DNA of 62,944 bases, filler included, from Hyphochytrium catenoides (GCA_900088475.1; 5 parts of 5 records of this genome joined end to end with filler, not necessarily neighbours in it); one strand, 5' to 3'. Numbered from the whole stretch's first letter, positions 44,234 to 57,800 are shown. The notes: generated by a model from the letters alone, not told the origin. Numbers and translations: made by a program.

Positions 44234-47200
44234 TTAGGTCTTCGTCTCAGGCACATACTCAGGGTTCTTCTTCAGTATCACCATGCCCTCAAGGACAGGA
44301 GAGCAGGGAAGATACTCCTCGGTGGCCAGCTCCGCTCTGTCTGTCTGACTGAGAAGAACAGGTGTCGTGTGCGTCTGGAAGCCTGTGATAGTCTTTGGGC
44401 GACCGGCCTGGCCAACCGTCTCCACCTGGGACAAGAGGGGGGAGCATTTTAGCAAGCAGAGAAAGAGTAACAATGACGGACGACCGGCACATTGGAAGGG
44501 GGAAATTGAATAAAGAGCGAGAGAATGGTGCCCTAATTACACTGAGGAAGAGAGAGAAGAGCGAGATACAGAGAGAGAAAGAGAGAGAGTGTGAAGGGAG
44601 AGAAAAAGGGAAAGAGATCGGGACATCTGAGGCTGAGAGTGCTCGGATTTGAGAAAGAGACGTGCAGCTTACCGCTTGGCCTACGCGGACAGTGACAGGG
44701 AGGGGCTTCAGATCTTCATCCACAGTAATAAGCATGCGCGGGTGCATGGCGCAGACAAGGGTGTATAGCAGGTAGTGGTGCTGAAAGAACAGTCACACCG
44801 AGTCAGGAGAGACCAGCGCAATGATTGGCAGCGGACAAAGAAAGAAAGAGACAGAGACAGAAAGGGCAACAAAGACAGCGAGAGATAGAGAGAGCCATGA
44901 GAGAGAAAAAGCAAGAAGAGAGAGAGGGCCCCTAGAGCGAGCACCAAGAGAGAGAGAACACCTAGAGAGAAATACAAGCGAAGAAATCTGGAAGAGAAAG
45001 ACAGCGAGACCCAGAAGAGAGAAGGGAACACCGCAAGAAAATGAAGCCTTTTTTCACAGTCCTGACCTTCTCCAGGATGAGGTTCTTCATATCCATTGCG
45101 GCATGAAGCACAACCAGGACAGCTCCCAGAGATACCTTCGAGAGCAGAAGGCGGTCCGAGTGGAACGGGTTGATAGTCATTAACCCCTGAGAGGAGAGAG
45201 AGGGTGGCCAAATCGCAGTTAGCGTTGAAAATAAAAGCAGCAGGAAGAGATCGAGCCAGGTATGGCCAGCCATGAGCCATTGGCACGTGAGAAGAAGGAG
45301 CTAGACGCTCAAAACATAGGAAAGAGAAGAGAAAAAGGGACAGAGAGAGAGATACACGCACCCACAACCCAGGAAGAGAGAGGCAGACACACAGACAACA
45401 GACCACGAGAGAGGACAAAGAGGGAAGGACAGACGGAGAGTGAGAGAGGGTGAGACATAGAGACAGAGAAAAGGAATGGACGGGAGAGAGCGCGCGCGAG
45501 AGAGAGAGAGAGAGAAATAAGTAGTAACTAAAGAGACGCAACCTTGCTGAAGGTTAAGATGCCCAGATGCCGGTTCTTACCTTCCCCATGTGCAGCAATC
45601 CTTGGGCAATTCTCACAACAAACAGCGTGGCAGGCTCGCGAGAGTAGAACTCCGCTAATTTACGGAGCAGTCCCGCCACCCGGGAGTTATTGGTTCCTGC
45701 GCTGCACAGACCGAGCCCCAGAGTGGCGCACTGAGCCACATCCGCATCGGAGTCGTGAGACAAGCGAGAGAGCGTGTCTACGACGCTGAGAACCCAAGAG
45801 AGAGAGAGAGAGAGAGAGGAAAGAAGAAAAGAGAACACAGTGAGAAAATGGAGAACAGGCCGGCGATCGTAGGGAAGTAGGGAGTTGAAGATAATGCAGG
45901 CTCCTTTCTCCACCTCCCCTCAGCACCCTTCTCTCTAAGTGTCATCATTTCCAGCCTAGTTTCTCTCTGGTGCTCGCTAAAAACGCTTTCTGCTCCCGAA
46001 ACAACTTGTTACTACTTCTAGTGCCTCCCTCTCGCTCCTTAACTGTCTCACTCTCTCTGACTCTCTATCTGTCTCTCACACGTTCTCCGCCCTCCCCACT
46101 TCCTGATGCCAATGCTTACCCGTATTCGGGGTTGCTGAGGTTCAGAAGGGCGAGAGCGAGAGGAATGGCCCGTCGGATGGGAAGCTCGCCGTACTGCAGA
46201 AGGTGGTCGAACGCTCTCATGCTCATCTCCGAGCCTACCGATTCGCCCAGCACAGTCAGCGCGATACCAATCACCGCCACCTGGAAGAGTGGAGAGGCAG
46301 AGGGAGAGCGCGTGTTAAGAATCTGGCAAGCTCTGTATGGCCACTCATTGAAAAGCTGCCTATAAGGAGAATGTACGGAACCGTGTCTCTCTGCTCTGCT
46401 TGCAGAGAGTGACACCTCTTGTGCTACTATCACTGACCTGTTGATGTGGCGCATCCTCCTCTATGTGCTCAGCGCAGATCCTAAGCATCTCCTGGACTTT
46501 TAGCACATTCCCAGTCCCCGCGTACGCGCAGGTCTCCAGGGTGATGACGCCATAGCGGGAGATCTTGTGGTCAATAGTCTTCAGAGCCTCTACCATGCCG
46601 TCAGCTTTGTCCTAAAAAAAAGTGAGGAAAGAACAAGCTGAGAGCTCAGAAGTAAAGAGCCGGAAGGCTTCACGAAGTCCAAAGAAGCACCAGAGAAGGT
46701 AGAAGTCCGAGACTGCCAGCGATCCTACCTGCTTGCCTAAGAATAGCAGGGCCAGTCCCAGAGGGAGGTACCGGGCTACGCTAGCATCCAACTCCTCCTT
46801 TCTGCTTTCCATCAAGCGCTGGAGGAGCACTGACGCCACCTCCTCGTTGCAAGTGCCCACGAAGACAAGTCCAAGAGACAAAGCGGCGAAAGAGACCGCA
46901 GTGATGCTCGCGTTTGCCTCAGTATTTGACACTACGGGTGAGAGAAGCTCCAGCACATCCTCGCGGGCACTGCCAGCGTAAGCCTGAATGGGAGAGATAG
47001 GTATCAGGTTTACCGTCAGAGGCGTCAACTCTCACAATCCCTGCCTCTTCCCTTTGAATACTACGTCCATCTCTCCTTTCTCTTGCTGTGCTAAGCCGGT
47101 CTTGGTGCTCTTCCTCTCTTACCAGTCCCAATCCTAGGCAGGCGGCACATTTGATGGCTGGAGAGTTCTGTTGCAGATGATCGGAGAGGAAAGCGATGGC

Positions 47201-49645
47201 GGGGTCGCACTCATTTCTCACTCCAGCGCTCACTATCCCCACACCCAGCACGGCCCCTGCCTTGGTGTTCTCCTCGGCGCTGTAGAGAAACTTGTCGATC
47301 TGTGTCAGGCCCTCCTCCACATTCCACTGCATAATCAGACCTAGGGATGCAGCCGCCGAAAGCATGCCTACGACGAGAGAGGTAGAAAAGAACCAAACAG
47401 GAGTGATAAGAACCCCTTTAAGCAGCAAGTGACTCCTACACAGGGCACAGATGTGAGGCCGCCTCGCTCAAACTGCTCGCCCCTGTAGATAGCCATGGCC
47501 AGAAGGTATCACTACGCTGTACCCTTGTCTGTCCACCTTCCATATTCTCCTGACTGGGTGACATCTAGCTATCAACCGCCTGGCAGCCTTACCGGTGTCT
47601 TTGTTCTTATATAGCCAAGCATTTCCTTCTGGAGTCATAAGCTTATCAGTACCAAAACCAGCGTTGACAAAAGCGTTGACAAACGTCGAAGCCAGGTTAT
47701 GACGAGCAGAGTCAACAGCTTGTCCTGAGTCCCTGCTTCTCGCGGTTGGAGCTGTGTCTCCTAGATGTGACTTGTAAATGTCTTCGGGGGTCTTGGGCTC
47801 CAGGACATCTAAGTCGCGGGCAAGGTGCTGGAAGGTCTCCGAAAAGTGTGAGTTGCTGATCAACTCATTGACGCTATCTTCCTCAGGGTACTCGAAGGAG
47901 AAATGATGCCGGCCCAGCAGATATGCCATCTGCAGTTGCAACAAACACGGTCAATGGAGAGCGCCGCAAAGCTACCATCGGCCCAAACAAAGCTTATATC
48001 AACCCACAAAAGTGAGTAGCAAGAAGCGCTACAATGTGAGAAGGTCAGAGAATCGTTAAGGACTACCGGCAGCATACTCAGAGCCTTCGAAGACAGTGAA
48101 AGACCGAGGAGAATGAGGAACCGAGGCCAAAAGACGTCGTGGTGGGCGAACGGAAAGAACGACCCACCCAGATCGTTACCTGCTTCTTGATTAGCAAATC
48201 TTGGCACTCCTGAAAGAGCAGTCCTACTTTTTCAGGATCGTCCATACGCAGCGCGACCCGCAGAGCGTGGGGATACTGTTGAACGCGCCGGTAGAGCTCG
48301 AATGCCGTCTAACAGGAGATCGTTAGAGTCAAGTAGAGAGTGTGAAGGAGACATACACGTGCGACCAGATAGCCCTAGAAAGTAAACTTGTTCACTATAG
48401 AGAGGGAGATGACGACATGGGTGAGGTCAGCTTAGGAGAGCGATCGTCCCATACATTGAGCAGTGTCTGTAGGTCGTCTGGGTCACTCATATAGTCTGCA
48501 CAGCCCAGCAGGTAGAGGCAGATGCGCTGATAGTTGTTTTGGTCAATGTGAGGCGCGGACAGCAGCTTCTCGAGCTTCTGGACTTCAATCAAGATATCCA
48601 CAGCTTCAGGCTCAGCGTTGTGCTGGATGTGGAAGGGGACAATCGCGTCTACCAATGTCATCAGATCCGAGACATCCGGATCCTTATCTTTTGCCTCTTC
48701 TGAGGTGACTCTCGCTTGGTATTCCTATGCGGACGGCAAGTGAGAAGCACGAACTAGGGGGTCTTCCCATTCTTTCCCTAATCTTGCAAGGATTATTTGC
48801 TTTTCGCCCTTCTTGCTTCATCGTACGTTACTCGGCAACCTCATAAATGCTAGCGTCGGTCTTGAGCCTCTGTCGCCCCTTACCTGGCCAATTTCTCCTG
48901 CTAAAGACCTTACAAACTCGTGCCCCCAATCCGCGAGCTCCGTCCTGTTTCCTTGGAGCTTGTACTGAAGGCTTTCTCTGCTGTCTTCGGGAGCCATGGT
49001 CATAGCCAAGACAGCTAGGATGTCTGCCAATAGCTTCTTATTGGCGCCTGCCGGCCACGTGGCATACAACTGCAAAAGGAAGTGAGAATTTGAAGTCGGG
49101 AAAATCATCCCAGGCAGGTCAGCGGCAGGTGTAAGCAAAATAGATCATAGGAGAAACCGTGGAAGGTTGTCAGGTCCAACGCAGCTGAACTCACATCCTT
49201 AAGAGGTTTATAATGGTCGCGAAGGAACTTCAGAGGCTTGGGAACAGAGGTCATGGAAGATGTGGCAGTCCGGATCTCTGTCCTTAAGGTTTCTAGTGCT
49301 AGCTTCTGCACTCCGGCGTCTTTTTCTGAGAGCCTTGTAACGGAGAGGTCCAGCTTCTCCTTCAGCTCCTTGTCCTCGTCACTCTGAACATGTAACGACA
49401 TTTGACTGAGTGCTAAGTTCCCTTCCTTGCCTAATACCTGGCGCTTACCAGCTCATTGGCAGCTGGGATAGGTTCCTCGTCGAGTAGGTCCTTTTGCTTT
49501 AAAGGGTCATGGCCTGACTTCTTCCCCGCCGGGTCCTTTGTTGGGACCTAGCCCAAGTGCAGATGTTACAATAAGCAAACGGCGTTCTGGGAGCCTAGAA
49601 CACACTCACCGCAAGCTCAACCGGCCCATTAGGGTTTTTTGACAT
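44234..49645 (-). CDS. RPN1: 26S proteasome regulatory subunit RPN1 (PSMD2), 15 exons
   Basis: [19 protein letters not shown]; [13 protein letters not shown]; [22 protein letters not shown]; [13 protein letters not shown]; [10 protein letters not shown]; [26 protein letters not shown] introns; TAA at 44236-44234. Confidence 0.98.
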
Positions 49646-50423
49646 GATAACGATAGAAGGCTCAGCTAGAGCCTTTGGGCTTGTTCGTCTCTAAAGTAAG
49701 GCTTTGGGTCCTTGTGGTCCCTCAAGATGGTCCAGAGTCTAGGTGCTCAATCGACGACGCCTCAACCGCCGGTTCCAGATCGACCTTCAGTGGCTCCTGA
49801 GGCGAGTCAACGTACAGCGATGGCACAGCAAGCTCCTTCCTGCTGTGCGTATCTTGACTATCTTATAAGAAAACTCCGTCCTGAGTCGAAGTAAGAGCTT
49901 GATCTCTGAGGGGCAGAGTGCTGGGGAAGTAAATCTTCATAAAGGATCAATGATCTCTAGAAAGGCGATGATCTCCGTCGCTGCCTTTGGATGTCGGCGG
50001 AACTCCACTTTGGTGATCGGGGGGACAATACCAGCATCCCCATTGTGACGGAGCCACCCCTTCTCCTCCCCTGCTCTTAGCCATCAGCTATGAGTGTTGG
50101 TGGCGTCATGTATCTGAGGCCAGGGGGCACCCCCAGCATCCTCTGTTTTGTTGTTGTACAGTATCTTTGGGCTACCCTTTAAAATCGTAAACTGCAGGTC
50201 TAGAATCGGAAAGACCATTTTCATCCGTTTTCTTGCTAGACGGAGAACGGATTTTGAAGCTTTATCAATAACCACCAAGTTCTGAAGCTTCGATAGTCTC
50301 CATCTGGTGCTCCTTTCCCGAACCCCGTGGCATCATGGCAATGCTGGTAACAATAGGCCTTGGAGCGATTGGGACTGCCCAGTGAATGTCCCTTGCAGTC
50401 TACAGTTTACCTGGTTAAAGGGA

Positions 50424-51358
50424 ATGAAGGGTGATGTGGGCGATATGATGGGTTCAAGTGATCTCATGAGTACAGACAGAGCAGTGGAGTCAGAAGGTGA
50501 CGAGCTTCCATTTACATCGACTGCAACAGATGAAGGCGAAGACAGCGATGGCTCCATTCCTTATGGGTCGCTTCATGGAACAGCGCCTTACGTCACTACT
50601 CCAAAGGTTAGAGCCCGCGTCTGCTTTGCCAAGGAAGAATTTCATCTCAGCTCTACTGGCAGGCAGCATTGGAGGCTGCGGTAAGCTTGGCTGGTATCTC
50701 AGTCAATGACTTTCTCATAGATCTTGGCTGTGGGCAAGGCGAATTTTTGTTGCACGCAGCGCATAAGGTTAATAGCCCTCTTAATATATGTGGTCAACCG
50801 AACTACCGAGGCCGGCAGAATTGACCTCACTTTAGCTAGGCTGTGGAGGGTTAGGAATCGACATCTCTAAGAGCCTTATTGACCGAGCCAAAGAGACGGC
50901 CAAGCGTCTGGAGGTTGACATCTGTGTAGCTCTTAAGGTGAGACGTGTCCACGCGGTAGATAGGCAAGCGTCATTGATCTATGCTCATTATTAAACGCAC
51001 TTAAAAGGCTGCGGACTTCCTCAAGGATCGCGCTGCCCTCACGGACGACGTTTTGCGCTCGGCCACGATAGTGTACTTCTATCTCGTGCCAAGAGCAGTG
51101 AACGATAGAACTTTCCAAGGTCAGTGACGTATGGGCTTGCCTGCTATAGCCCCCGCTTCCATAGTCATCTAAGAGGTCCTCCCATCACTCTCTCCTTTAG
51201 AATTGCTGCAGCGCTTCTTCTCACTCAAAACCCATCCAAGCCAAGAGAAACGTGCTTTGAGCTACAAGTATGCTATTAACAAATGGACACCTGCCGGAAT
51301 CAACGAGACAGTTGGTCTCTTCCTCTATGACAGCAGCAGTATAAGCGCATCCACCTAA
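50424..51358 (+). CDS. class I SAM-dependent methyltransferase (FAM173/ANTKMT-like pattern), 5 exons; start codon uncertain
   Basis: Exons 50424-50606, 50663-50767, 50836-50937, 51008-51119, 51201-51358. APYVTTPKAALEAAVSLAGISVNDFLIDLGCGQG..GLGIDISKSLIDRAKE..ATIVYFYLVP..ALSYKYAINKWTP..LFLY. Confidence 0.88.
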
Positions 51359-51711
51359 CAGATAACCCCACAGCTAGACACGTACGATTGTAATAGAACT
51401 TCTCAGCACTCTCGCTGTTCCCAGGACGAGCCTTCCCCATGCACTACGTCCAAATGATCACTTATTATCCCCCAACTTTGTGGCAGGATAGAGTTCATAT
51501 CTGCACCAATCATCACGAAGATCTTTGGCATATAGCGGACTGCCTCTCTGGGACAAAATCCAGTCAATATTGGAGTGCCTATCGGATAGTACACCGAGAA
51601 GCAAACAAGTGACGGGTTCCCAATAAAGGAGTCCAATAGATTTTATTGGGGCTCGGAGCATCGGGCAGAGGAGACGACTGGAAGAAGCAGAAGATGTACG
51701 GTGCAAGGGCT

Positions 51712-53012
51712 CTACATGAGGATACCCTCGTACTTGGTCTGGAACCACTTCATTGCATCATCCTTGGTGAGCTTGTGAGGCTTGCCAACGCGGTTCTGCT
51801 GAATCTTCCGGCGGGATACACGGTAGCCCTTGCGGCCGAGGACGACGAAGAAGTCCATACCGTAGATACCTGAATTGGAGAAGCACCAGTGTCAGATGCC
51901 ATAAATTTATCGATACGAAGAGTGATAAGATGCAGACCAGGACAATTTTTCTAAGCAGACTAAGGCAAGCGCCTTCAAACCTGCGCAAGGAAGTAATAGG
52001 GTCTGAATCAGTTCTACACGTACCGGTGGTAGGGTCGTACTTGATGCCCAGATCAATGTGCTCGGTGATGCCGAAACCGAAGTTGCCAGTCTCCGAGAAG
52101 TTTCTCTTCTTGAGCTCGTACTCCTTGACCTTCAGGCCGCGCTCGAGGATCTCAAGAGCCTTCTCACCGCGGACGGTGACGTGAACAGAAATCTTCTCAT
52201 TACGACGAATGCTGAAGCTTCTGACAGTGTAGCGAGCTGCGTAATTTGAAAGATGGAAAGGACCATACGTTAGGTGGGGATATAACTCAATACCTTAGGG
52301 GAGATAGTCTAGACGCGATCAGAGTTATTTGTTGCGTCGCGGGCCCCGACCGTCGGCTCATGAGAAGCAAGCACACAGAGGCAAGAAAGAACCCCGGGGG
52401 ACGGAGGTCTTTCAAGGCTCATGGGAGCGGCCAAACATGTGATGCCAGGTATCTCCAACCATTGGCGCAATCGGACATCAAGCTAAGAGTTCTGAGCGCA
52501 TTGGATATCGCTAGCACCCATGCTTGGTCGGAAAGGCCTGGGGATACCCACTGAAGGCCAACGTTTTCCGCCATTTATCCAACAGCCAAGGCGGTCAACG
52601 GAGGCCGACAGTGCGGTCGGGTAGCGAGCCTGTTAGGGCGTTGTGCTTACCCTTGGAGTACACTGGTCTCTGGCCAGTAAGTTGCTCCAACACACGAGCA
52701 GCCCTGCAAATGTCCGGAGGAAGATTCTAAAGTGAGATTTGCAACGGTGGAGTTCAAGGAAACAAGTGTCCATACCTGGTGAGCTTATCACCAGACTCGC
52801 CAACACAACAGTTGATGACAAGCTTCTCAACGAAGATGTCCCTCATAGAGTTGTTGCTATCCTTCTTCTGTGCCTAGACAAGAACCGATACGATGAGACT
52901 GTCAAGTTCTATATCCATGTACAAGGCATCAAATCCAACAAAAAAGCTACACTATCCCTTCTTCCTCAGTGAGATCCAAGTTACGTCCTCTTTCCATAAC
53001 TAGCCTTACCAT
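51712..53012 (-). CDS. RPL11: 60S ribosomal protein L11 (uL5), 5 exons
   Basis: Exons 53012-53010 (ATG only), 52873-52776, 52703-52651, 52236-52024, 51869-51712. [28 protein letters not shown]; [24 protein letters not shown]; [14 protein letters not shown] stop. Confidence 0.99.
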
Positions 53013-53822
53013 TTTTCCTAGCTATTTATGGTGACAAGGCGATGCTCCGGCAATGTCGAATCCTCGTTGTGAAGCTCAGTCAGGCCGATGATCTCGCCGC
53101 CATCGCGAGCTCTGGGCGCCGCCACTCGCTCGCTCATCTGCCGCTTACTGGCCGGTACCGGCTCCTCAGGTGGATGGTGGGGGAGAGGCCATCCATTTCA
53201 AAAGGTCGATATCAGGATTATACCGTAAAAGTCATCCTATAGTCTCAGTAAGCACGTAAACAACAGATCTTCATAAAGATAGAAGCAGGAACTAAAATAC
53301 CTTTTGATCATTTTAGAGCGACCGAGCTGCGGCCTATGGCAAAGGGTTGAGAAATGTTGCAGAGAAAGATTTCACCTGTTACGTTCACGAAAGATTCAGG
53401 CGTTCTTCCGCCTTTGGTCGTTACAAATAAATAGACAGAGGAGAAAGAGTGAAGTGCACTTCCTGTCGCTTCATCACCCACTGCCTCCTCCCTCTGCCAT
53501 CATCCTGGCCCTTTCCCTCGCTTCTGTTCGAGTCTTCATTGACACTCAGGCGCCCGTAGTGATCCTTGCTAACGAGCTCTTCTATCTCCTTCTTCGTCTG
53601 GCCCTTTCCCTTCTCTTCGTGGGGCTGATGCGTCCAGCTGATGTGATTCTATGGCAGCAGACCATGTTCTTTTGCTGCCTAGGCTAATGAGCTTGAAGAG
53701 AGAAGGACTAAGAGCACGATGGGCGACTGAGAAGCAAGATGCGTGCCTATCGATTGCTGACATGCTGTGTCCCCTCACCATAAGATGAGCTCTTGATTGT
53801 GAGTAGGGATCTCTGAGGAACT

Positions 53823-54828
53823 ATGGATCAGGTGTCCTACCGGTACCATGCGGAAGATGTAGGACGCATTCTTCTGCAGGTCCAGCAGGATCTCAAGTCC
53901 ATAAGAGAAAGAGTGGCGGGAGACAAAGATGGTCCTCGACATCGCCGTGTTGCTTCTTCTAGTGAAGGCAGCGCTCTATCAGATGAGCGTGCTAAGATCG
54001 ACCATATTTTGCAAAAAGCTGAGACTGATCTCAAAGTCAAGACAGAGGTTTGCCTTTCTTGTTCTTGGGGACACCACAGCGTTCACCGCTCTCTATCTTT
54101 CCGTGACTTCGATTGTGCCTTCACTCTTTCCTCTCTTTTCCCCCGTTCCCTCTTACTTGCCATCATTCTCTCTCTGTCTCTCTCCTCTTCCTTATTTCAC
54201 GATCAACTTTAGTTGTTCTCTGGTCTTTTTGGTTGCCTGTTTTTAGAAGGGCCGGTACGATGGGCGCTCACCTTTCGATTGCTATCCATACGTGCTTGAC
54301 ATGTAGTCATGCCATGCCTCACCTCATGGCTTTGTTGCCTCTGACAGGCGGTGCTGAAAGAGCTTATCACCGGCCCAGTACAGTCCTTGCCCATAGTCAC
54401 GCCACTCGTCGAACATCCACCGTCCTACCATGCTGAGAGTTCTGCGTCGGCGCTCTCTTCACAGCAGGGAGGGAGTAGGAAGCATGCACCGCAGACTCGG
54501 ACTCCATCCTCCGATGTAGGTTATGGCCCTCCCAATCCCTCATGCTCTTCCGTGCTGTGGGTGTGTGTCTGGTTCTCTCTTCGTGGTCCTTTCTCCCTCT
54601 GAAGTGGTCCTCAATGGTAGCTGCTCCTGGCGTGTGGCCACTTACGTGTTATCTATTGCAATTATCATTTCCTTAGGAAGGCAAAGACTCTACGATGGCC
54701 AAGGTCCTACCAGGGCCAATTGCGAAGGTGCGTCTCAGCTCCGAGGGGAGCCCTCTTTCTTTCTTGCCGCATTTCTTGCTGCTTTTCTCCGCTACCTCTC
54801 ACTCTCACTCTCTCTTTTTCTCTCTCTC

Positions 54829-54873
<45 letters not shown>

Positions 54874-57800
54874 CTCTTTCTTTTCTTTCTTCTTCTTCTT
54901 TTTCTTTTCTCTCTCTCTCTCACTCTGCAATAGTGCCTTTCTCTCTTGTATCGAGATAATGTTGGGTTGACTCCATCTGGTGGCTGCCATTTCCAGCTTC
55001 TGGACCCTACAATACCTAAGGAGAACCTTAGGCTTGCACCGCTTGATCCGTCCTCTCACGGGTCAACTAGCCGCTCTACCAGCGGTGCGGCTGGACGGTC
55101 AAAGAGACCGCTTGGAGGCTCTGTTATGGGCGGAAAACTGGTCAAAGGGCCTGCTCAACCCGTTGATATCCCATTAAAGGTCTCGCTCTACGGTTTGGCA
55201 GCGATGTCTCTCCTATTCTTTCACTAAGCATCCCAAAAACCTCGCCTCATCTGCCACGGCGAATTGTTGTTTACTTGTTTCGGCCTGAAGATTGACTTGT
55301 CTCCTCCTTGCTCGTGATAACCTTAGGGCAGTCGACAGAGCTCCAGCGCGGCGCTACCCCCGATTACTGAGAAGGAGATGAAGCTAGGTTTGATTGACCT
55401 CGTAGACCGGGGTTATCTGCCCAAGTCAGCAGACCTAAGCGAGGCTCTGACAGCAGGGAATAGTGTGATGCTGAAGAGGTGAGCGAAGAGGGAAAGGAAA
55501 GGAGTGAACTAAAGAATGGATGAACAAGGATGTTTGGGAGAAAGGAGAGAGAAGAGAAACCAAGATAAAAGTGTTGGAAGGTATTTCTTCTTAAGTCTGA
55601 GCTCCCCCTTATCCCCCGCTCTACGTCTTTCTTCCCGCGTCTTCTAAAGCAGTTAACTTCTTTCTGGCTCTCTCTTACTTGCGCTCTCTTAGTCCATTGC
55701 GCCTCACTCACCCACAAAAGAAGCGGACAGCTCGACGGCCCCAGGTGGACGGGATGGGCTTCAGCTTCGCCAGCTTGAAGCTAGACAACAATTACGAGGA
55801 GAAGAATCAAAATGAAGAAGATACGAGAAAGCAAGAACAAGCTGCTCCGCCGAAGGTGTTTTCTACCCTACAAGCACCACCTTTCTTCTCCCTTGCGCCC
55901 ATGGCTCTTGTTCCTCGTCTGTTTCAAGCTCTGTCCCGCGTCTTTCCTCTCCTGCGGAGCTAGCTCATAGGTGTTACCTACCCGCCTAACCCGTTAGTCT
56001 CCAAGAGACAGTCCCTTCTTCCTCATCCCCGCTGTGCTGATATTGCTTTCTGCTGTGCTAATTCTTTGAATAGCCGAGGCTGGTAGAGCTCAAGCCCCCG
56101 CAAGAACTAACAGGACGGCATGGCAAAGGAGAGAAGCTCAAAGAAGATAACAGATCGGTCCTAGACAAGGAGGTGAGCAGACCCAAACTCTTGAATAGGG
56201 AAGAAAAAATGGCGAGAGAGAGGAAAAGAAAGAAGGGAAAGGGAGGGAGAGGGAGAAAGAGAGAAAGAGAGAAGGAGGGGGAGGGGGAAGAATGAGGAGA
56301 GGAGAGAGAGAGGCAGAGACAGAGAGACAGAGACAGAGAGACAGACTTAGAGATAAAGCCCAAGAAAGAGAGAGAGAGAGAGAGAAATAAGTGCCTTTGG
56401 AGAAAGATAACGTCTGACCCTCTTCTTTTGCTGTTGGTGGCGACTACTCCCTGCTTTGGGCAGACTTTGCGGCAGAGCGTCGACAAGATTAGGTCCTACA
56501 ATGAGCTGCTGGACACCTACAGGTGAGAAACCTGAGAAGAAGATCTAAAGGGAGCCTTCATTGCTCAAAGAGTCCTCCTTCCTCTCGCAACGTGCCTTTC
56601 TACTTCTCATCGATGGGATCTTCTCTGGGTAAAGTCTCCACCAGCTCATCATCCGCCGAGGACAAGTGCTCTCTGACACTCCAGAGTTCCTCTCCTTCCA
56701 GAGGAAATACGCAGGTATCCGGTTATACAACGTTCTTCTTTCTGCAATCTTCTGTCCTATGCTTCCCTCTGTCGTCCCTCTGTTTCATCTCTATCTTCGT
56801 CTCCTATTTACTCTCTCTAACTCTTCCATCCTCTCAAGTCTCTCTTCACCTTTGCCCTTTCACTGTTCTTCTCTCCCTATTCCCCGTTTCTTCTCTGTCT
56901 CTTTCGCCCTATCTCTGACAATCCCTTCGGGTGCCGCTTAAAGACTTCTGGGGTGCCGTGAAGTCTGCGCTTCAGCAACTGGAGCAAGTGTTGAGACAGT
57001 TTAATGTGCCGCTCGCCTATGTGGACGGCCAGCAGCTCGTGCGGCTTGCAATGGAAGACTTGGGAATCATCCCACGCGATAAGCTGCTCTCTTGCATCAA
57101 CAACTATGACCAGGTAAAGCGCAACAAAAGGCAGAAAGAAGAGAAATATCCCTAAAGAAAGAGACAAGGGCAGCATGGCCTCTCTCTGGCATCCTCTTTC
57201 TTCTCCGGTGTCTCTTTCGGGGTTACCTCCTGACATTTTTAGCTCACGCGTCTTCCCGCGTCAGGTGTCTCTCCAGATAGCTCTGCCAGGCCAGCGTTAC
57301 AAGGGAGAGAATGCTGCCAAGTGGGCTGCGACAAAAATTCAGGCGACCTGGAGGATGTTTCTTACCGTCAAAGAGTTCAGAACTCGCGCCATAGAGGCTT
57401 CCTCAGCTACTAAGATACAACGAGCCTGGAGAAATTACACTGGGAATGCGGTGAGTCAGGTTCATTGAGAGTTGAAGCACGACAAAAGCACTTACGAGGG
57501 GATTGAGAAGGAAGAGTGCCAGAGAACAGGAGGATGCTTGTGTGTGAGAGAGAGGGGAAGAGAGAGAGGACGCAATAGGACAACAGAGAGAGAAAGCAGA
57601 GAGACAGAGAGAGAGAGAACGCACAAGAGAAAAGATAACCACAGAGAGAAAGAGAGAGAGAAAAGGAAGAGGCGAGAGAGACACAGGACGGACACCACTT
57701 CCCCTCATCCATCCCAGCAGTGATTCCTGCTCACATTTCCATGTGTTGTCTACCACTCCTCCGGCTTCCTTGCTCGTTCGATTTTTAGTCCTTGAGAGAT

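Noticed and set aside
50497-50709. Mitochondrial-carrier-like ORF (ALLAGSIGGC), or a GC-AG intron at 50659
   Set aside because: A canonical GT-AG intron at 50607-50662 gives a methyltransferase with the expected motif spacing, and no PxDxxK carrier motif follows.
51870-52023. H/ACA snoRNA in RPL11 intron 4 (CAGAC/GUCUG stem, AGAAAA, ACA)
   Set aside because: The ACA overlaps the probable branch site CUGAC, and the RNA would fill almost the whole 154-nt intron.
53010-53012. ATG-only first coding exon of RPL11 as a novelty
   Set aside because: Real, but common in ribosomal protein genes.
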